Shown here: positions 57,421-64,000 of the stretch, in pieces
How the letters are laid out: each line of letters begins with the position of its first letter
Position numbering within the stretch: position 1 is the stretch's first letter
NCBI GenBank assembly: GCA_040285825.1
Contig: JAUPSS010000006.1
Coordinates: 124,001-188,000 of the forward strand
Direction: 5' to 3'
DNA from: Eukaryota sp. TZLM1-RC
Taxonomy: Eukaryota; Protista; Metamonada: BaSk clade
DNA: 64,000 nt
The notes under the pieces: generated by a model
Seen by the model: only the letters and a program-made list of their open reading frames with translations
Database searches by the model: none
Told to the model about the DNA's origin: nothing
Program-made: the position numbers and the translations under genes

Positions 57421-59771
57421 ATGTACAACCATCATGACACACCTCTTGACCACTCTTCTCCCTACCATGATATAGATTCGCCTCCCTTGAAGCGCTGTCG
57501 TTCAGTTTCATCGTCTACTTCATCTTATTCCTTCCCTCAATTGCCAGTTGACAGTGAGGTAGATCCCATTTCTTTTCGTGATCCCTCTGTTCAACTCTCT
57601 TCTTTCACTTGCAATGCCCCCGTTTCAGGGACCATGGACCTCTCCTCTCGTCAAGAATCTCTTCGATTTCCCCTCCATCGCTCTGCCAATCACCATTTGT
57701 TGTCATACGTGCCCCCTAATACGTCAAACTCCTCAATGAACGTGACCACCAACCACCACATTACTCAAGAGTCTTCGTCAACAAATAGTTCTGCTGGTAG
57801 ATCGGCCGACCTAAACTCCGATCGATCGGAAAGGTTGGTTGGAATTAAGTATATCTCTTGCAGTCATTCTCACACCCTTCTACTCACCTATTCTGGTGAT
57901 GTTTATGGTTGGGGGGATAATGGTAAAGGTCAAGTACTAAGTCATGGACCTGACGTGATCACAATACCAGTAAAGCTGCCACTGAGTAATATAGTAACCA
58001 TTACAGCTGGTTGCCATCACTCCCTTGCCCTCTCCTCCGAAGGAAGCTTGTATGGTTGGGGTAGTAATAAGGACAGCCGAATCAACATGCCCTGCAGTCA
58101 GTTACTACCAATCACTCTAATCACCATTCCTTATAATATTAGGGAAGTTTATGGTGGTCTTTGGTGTTCATTTGCTTTGACCCAAGAAGGCAAAGTTATT
58201 AAATGGGGATATGATAAATCATTTGAATTAATTGATGGATTAAATGATATTGTTTTGATTTCTGTTTATGGAGATTCTTTAGTCGCAATTGATAACAATG
58301 GTGATTTCTTTTACTACTATCAAAGGACTGGACCATTTTCAGCTCAAATTACCCTCACCAAGCTACCTATAACTCAGTATATAACGCCTAACAAACCTAC
58401 CAAGGGCTCGTTTTTGCTCACCAATGATAATCTTTTGGTTATTGATGTTAATGGGAGTTTCGTTAATGGGAGTTTCGTGATTATTCTACCGAAGATTCCT
58501 TCAAAAAGCTAACTAGAATCCGAGGTTTAAATAATATTGTTTTTATTAGTGGTTATGATGATATATTTTATGCTGTTGATGTTTTTGGTAAAGTTTTTAG
58601 TTGGGGACCACATGTTTATCATCCATACATCATTGAAGTCTCCACAAAAGTAGAAGCTATTTCAGTAAGTTCCAGTTCATTCTATGCTTACAACGACAAC
58701 AGTGTTTGGGAAGAGCTTGTCGGCGGTCCAATACTAAAACCATTTCCAAATATTGGGTCGGAAATAATTGGCAGTTTCCAAGTCAGAAAACATGCTTTGA
58801 AAAGAATGTATAGCGGTTTAATTAAGCTTGTTTATTGGGAATATTTGAATTATTTGGAGGTGCAATTTGGTAATCACCTATATGTGAAGGCAAGATTTTA
58901 CACCAAATGTGGTATTAGTAAAAGGGTAGCTCAATTTGCTCAAGAAGTGTTCAAGATTCATCCTATTCAAAACAAGATGTTTTTAAAAGATCCTGAAAAT
59001 TTAAATTTAAATGAAAATATTTGTGAATTACAATTACAATTTTACACTTCTTTTATAGGATCTGAAGTAATTAATACTAGAATTAAAAAACTTGATGTTT
59101 ACTATGATGAAGTTGGTTATGATCCCCAATTATTGTCATTTTTCCCAAATGTTGAGGTTGTTAAGTTTGGTGGAAGGAGTAATTTTGGTGAATGGTTTGC
59201 ATTAAACTGGCCACAATTATCCACTCTCAAATGCCTAGAGCTCAATGCTCCATTTGTTATAGAGCAATTACCCACTTCACTAGTGAAGTTAGTGCTTTGT
59301 GGTGCCATTGAGGTTACTGATTTAAGCTATCTTACATCATTAAAAGAATTGGTGGTGGATGCGTTTGATATAAGTTTTAGGGTTCGTCCTTCTAATAGAC
59401 TTCTAGAAGGAGAAATACCTTTACCTCAATCCATTGTTAGATTGGAATTGAAATTATCAGGAGGCAGATCTGTCAATATTCAAATACAATTACCAAACTT
59501 GAAGGAAATGGTAATTCATGGAGAAATTCCTAGCAACATCACTGAACAAAACTTTCCTTCTTTGGTGTTTATTCATTTGATTAGATTTAATGACTCTTTA
59601 TCAGATTCTCCTCTATATCCAATAGAACTCAACAATCAAGGTTTAATTAAATCTGTTCATAGCATCAAGAATGCATCTTTAGTTGAATTATCTTGTTTTC
59701 CATGGTGGATTCAGTGTGAAGGTTATTTTTTTCAACCTAGTTTCCGTAATTATTTAGTTGAAAATAAATAA
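57421..59771 (+). pseudogene. RCC1+LRR protein copy 2, frameshifted at ~58450-58480
   Basis: Inverted paralog of 9993-12350. The tandem 15-mer GTTAATGGGAGTTTC x2 replaces ..GGTGAGGTTTGGGAGTTT and shifts the frame; homologous coding sequence continues to 59771. Confidence 0.8.
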
Positions 59772-59914
59772 CATTTTAAGCACCAATTTTTTAGCATTTC
59801 AGTTGAAATTTATTTTAACTTATTTTCTTTCTTGTATTATCTGGTTTTTACAATATAATAAACAAAGCATCGACTCCATTTTTCTACATCAAATTTTGAA
59901 ATTTCTTCATTTAA

Positions 59915-61440
59915 TTGAATATTTATTTATTGAATTTGCACACTTAATTAAATTAACTCAATACTAATGGGACGACTATCATTTAACCATGATTTCCTCT
60001 ACAAAATCTTGGTCTGCTTGCTATCTAGCTAATGCTTCTCTTATTCGATTGAAAAACCGTAGTAATCTATTAATAATGGCAAATTGAATCCGTGAACGCC
60101 ATAAAAATATATCAAATCTTCTCATTGTTTTATCTTGCACCATTTTTTGGAAGTCATTCAAACAAGTTTCTGCTTCAACTGATAATCTTCCATTTATCGA
60201 AAATGGGAAAGCAATAAAAACCAGCTGTGTATTTCTATCGACATCAGCCTCTTCAATGTCTTTATCATATTTTTTATGTTTCTCTTTTGCTTTAAAATCC
60301 AGAGCAGCCACAGGATTAAGTTTTCTTCTGTGAACCAAAGTATCGTTTGCAACATTACATGAGACAAAGTCAACAATAGCTTCAGAATTATCAATCCAAT
60401 CACAGTATACATCACCTCTATCATCAAAACCAAAATTATTCAGAGAAAGTGTTTCTTTCAGCAGGGGCTCTTTGATACACGATATCCTTGCAGTTTGTGC
60501 CATATTGAAAACAGTGTCTCTAACAGCATCATGTAATGAAGAACGATAAGTTATCAATTTTGAGCAATTCAGAGCATGGCGCAAAGTGAGTTGAGGTGAA
60601 TTCGAACAAATACATTTTTCATTTGATAATAATTGATTAATGGGGATGTTCAAATATAATCTCATTTTTGTTGCAAATGCTTCATTAGTGGCACACAATC
60701 CAAATCTTCGTGGTACAATGGTTACAAAAAGTGAAGAATCTGATGACTTATTTTCACAAACACCCTTTTCTAATAACAATGAGTGAAGATCTTGATTTAA
60801 AACAGCCGAGCTGCATATATTATTATAAAAATCATTTTCATACATTCCAATCAATCGTTTCTGTAATGTTCGAAGCGTGTACTTCAAATTTAAAAAATTC
60901 TTTTCTGGAATATTGCCATTGAATGATTGGGGAAAGCATCGACTCCATTTTTCTATTTCAATATTTGAAATTTCTTCATTTCAATGCAAAAAACAGTGGA
61001 ACTTTGCGTTGTCATCAATAAATCTTCCCAATCTGCAAGTCTTTCGGAAAACTCAAAGAATGCATTTCTGCATCCACCAACAAAAGCACACGAGGTAAGA
61101 ATAGAAGCCTTCGTCCACCCTAAACCACCATAATGTGGACTAAGGTAAGCATGATCTGGAATTTGAAACATTTTACATCCCAGTAATTGAGACAGAACTT
61201 TTGCACGTAACTCACTAAACTTTTGAGCCAAAGGTCTAGTGACGAGAGGATTTGTAGATCGAAATATATGATTAAAATTGGAACTAAAACACAGTCTTAT
61301 AATGGTAAATTTGATGTGTTTCTGTATAAATAAAGTCATCATTCGGTCAATTTTATCTAAAATTGAGTTCAACTTTTTAGACAATTTTTTGGTGATTTCA
61401 TCATTATTTCTCAAAAACGAACCCAAATGACGAATACAAC
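59915..61440 (-). mobile_element. 5'-truncated CRE-like copy of a distinct family
   Basis: Motifs HLGSFL, HYGGLG, CIC-x9-HALNC, LHDAVRD, KEPLL, RGD..DF, KEKHKKY and FIAFPFSING. Confidence 0.9.
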
Positions 61441-61829
61441 ATAACTAAATTATTGTTTTTGGTTGTTTTGATTTATTTATTATTATTTTATTTATTATTT
61501 TATTTTATTGATTTATTTTGGATATCTGTGATGTACTATTTGAATCTTCTAATTTGGAAAATGATGTAGAGATTTACACTAAAAGAAAACAATTCACTCT
61601 TCAATCATTATTTGATCAATTGAAAAGCCCTTTGATGTTCGACAAACAATCAATGGTTGGTAATCAATGGCGGCTTTGCAAGCAACTTTTGAACTAATTG
61701 TTCTACAGATCTATAATCAAACATTATTGAACTAGAAATTTACTTCTAATATTCAATAACAATGTTGGAAAAGTTTATAAATGAATCAGTAATGAAAAGC
61801 CAAATAATAAATAATCAATGTCATACATC

Positions 61830-62090
61830 ATTTTCAGAATCAAACAGATTTGACAACAGAGGTTCCAAAAAGGATTCAATTCTATGAGATACTTACACAT
61901 ACAATATAACTGGTCTCTTGCAGCATCATGAACCTTGCTTCTAAAAGTAATAAAATGTTTACAATTTAACAAGCGAGTAATTTTAGTATTTTGCCTGCAT
62001 TGGCAAATTGAATTATGAGGTAAATTATGAAACCAAAGTCTCATATTCAAAGTCCAAATAGAATCAGTTAGGAAAGTTCCATAATCATTC
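61830..62090 (-). mobile_element. CRE-like internal fragment
   Basis: Close match to 5040-5295 (WTLNMR, NCKHFITFRSKVHDAARDQLYCM). Confidence 0.85.
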
Positions 62091-62304
62091 ATGGTCGTAA
62101 TTATACTTATTCGAAATGACGGTGCTCTAATGCTTGTAGTTCTTGAAGGGATGACCATCTTTATTGATGTACGATCCAAGATATTTATAACGGTTAGCTC
62201 AATCAACATACAAAAGCCCCCTAACTGTTTCCGTAAAACCATACAAACGATAACTACCAATCAAAGTTGCTGTTTTATAAATCACTGAACTTCTTCACTT
62301 TAAA

Positions 62305-62470
62305 AAACTCATAACTAATGGGACAAAATCCATTGAACTAAGATATCCTTCACAGAATTTTGATCTGCTTGTTGTCTAGCTAACGTTTTTCTAATTCGAT
62401 TCAAATACCCAGGTAATCCATTAATAATGGCAAATTCAATTCAAGAGCGACAATAAAAAACATCAATAAT
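62305..62470 (-). mobile_element. CRE-like 3' fragment
   Basis: Homologous to 59955-60115. Confidence 0.7.
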
Positions 62471-64000
62471 TATTTATACCTTTTTGAGACGATAATGATA
62501 TCTAATTTTGTGAACCCTGAATTGCAATTGAATATATTCTACTGACTTCATTGTTTGATAAAGTTCCCTTCTGATTAGCCAAAAGTTCAATAGTTTATGT
62601 GTACATAAAGCAAAATTCACTTTGTGGGAAAATTCCCATCTCGAATATATTGAGTAGAACAACAGCAAGTTGTTGTTCAAAGATCGGTAAAAAATCGCAT
62701 ACCACTAAAGTTCAAAAACTTGCTTAAGGATTAACTAAACTTATGAAGGTTCATTTTTGTATTGATTTATGGAATAATACCTGTGGCTTAATTTAATTTG
62801 ATGGAATAATGCAGCTTAAAAACGAAAGTTCTAGTTTAAACATCAAAAAGACTGTTCTCTTCACAGAAACAACTGACTTTTTGGACCATTTTTTCAGTTT
62901 TGGACAATTTTTTTTCATATTTTTTCAAATTTATTTTTCGTCAAATAATTGATCTTCTTAGTTTTAATTATTCAACAAAATAGGTAATTTGAAATAATAA
63001 ATACAATGACTAGAGCTTTCACTAGTGAATCTTTAGAGCAAGGGAACTTCAAAACACAAACGCATTCTCGGTAAGGATTTTATGATTGTACACAAATAAT
63101 ATAATCAATTTAAACCAAAATCCAAATTAAGTGATCATTAACAGAATAAAGGCGGAATTTCACTATTCAAAATTTTATAGGTTCCGAAGCTCAAAAATTT
63201 CAGCATAATAGACTCAATAACCCTAAATATCGCTACTTTCTGTTGATCAAACCATTACTTATCCACACTTTTAGAAATAACAAGACTTCATAATTGTAAA
63301 AACTCATCCATTTTTGAGTGAATATTATTATTGAGCTTTGAATGGAAGTAATCAAATTTTAACATAATAATAATTTGAACTGAAAAGAGGTATGCTCAAT
63401 ATTCAAAATGTACTATTTAGTGAACAAATTTTGGTCTTTCAGAAGTTACTTCTGCACATCACAACCTATCCTTTTGTATGGACCAAACTGTTTAGAGAGT
63501 TGGGCATAGTGTTGAAACCGAAATTTCAAAAGAAGAATTAGAATGAAGGTCTATCACCACGAAAATAAGACCAATTTCTGTTGATTTTAATCAGAAACAA
63601 TACTGTTCCTGTGATCATTTCACTCTATTGGCTTTGTTAATCATCAATTCTGCTTTTAAAAAATATAATTATCTTTCACTGGATTCTTGGTTGTCGACGT
63701 TGCAAATAAGGGGGTAAGTTGAAGTGTTTTATCAAAGAAGCGGAAAATAGAACATCAACGCAATTTTCAACTCCAGGGATAACTAAAGTGTACTTTAATC
63801 ACTTCACTCTACTTTACCTTAAATCTTTTTTCCATAAAGTGATGACTTCTATGCACTTCTGACGATACTCTAGGACAACCTCAAACATCAGTTAGATATT
63901 GTAACTACTTTTTTGAACACAGAAGATGAAAAAAGTACATTTATTCAGAAACTCATCAAAAACTGATTGGAAACTACATGTAAACACTTGGTACACAAGA

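Noticed and set aside
63490-63780. Possible hAT-like termini (GAGAGTTGGGC..CAACTCC)
   Set aside because: Match too short and no TSD found.
1-64000. tRNA, rRNA or snRNA genes, and the many short antisense ORFs in the track
   Set aside because: No cloverleaf or rRNA signature seen by eye (tRNAscan-SE/Infernal would be needed). The short ORFs are shadows of real genes or AT-rich noise.

Overview
This is AT-rich nuclear DNA from a eukaryote, most likely a compact-genome protist; an anaerobic flagellate is a guess from gene content. It uses the standard genetic code and has tiny GT-AG spliceosomal introns: nine reconstructed by hand, 26-34 nt long. Housekeeping genes include an RPA1/MEIOB-like OB-fold protein, a membrane RING E3, a GST, a histidine phosphatase, a Nab2-like CCCH protein, RPL30, Iwr1/SLC7A6OS, a CCDC162-like coiled-coil protein and a roadblock-like protein. 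Between them lie expanded receptor/E3-type families: two TRIM-like RING-Bbox-Bbox-SPRY paralogs, two RCC1+LRR paralogs and two BTB proteins. Mobile DNA is dense: about 14 pieces of CRE-like RLE non-LTR retrotransposons from several families, a hAT MITE with a perfect 8-bp TSD, two tiny TG..CA solo-LTR-like inserts and a MULE remnant. Most interesting signals: (1) the TRIM-SPRY and RCC1-LRR paralog pairs differ mainly in predicted ligand-binding loops, suggesting a diversified innate-immune-like receptor repertoire; (2) one intron is made almost entirely of (TAACCC)n telomeric repeat, a second contains degenerate copies, and the same repeat encodes Asn-Pro runs at C-to-G skew switches inside genes; (3) an orphan virus-like ORF sits next to the most intact retroelement. 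All calls come from manual reading; no database search was run.
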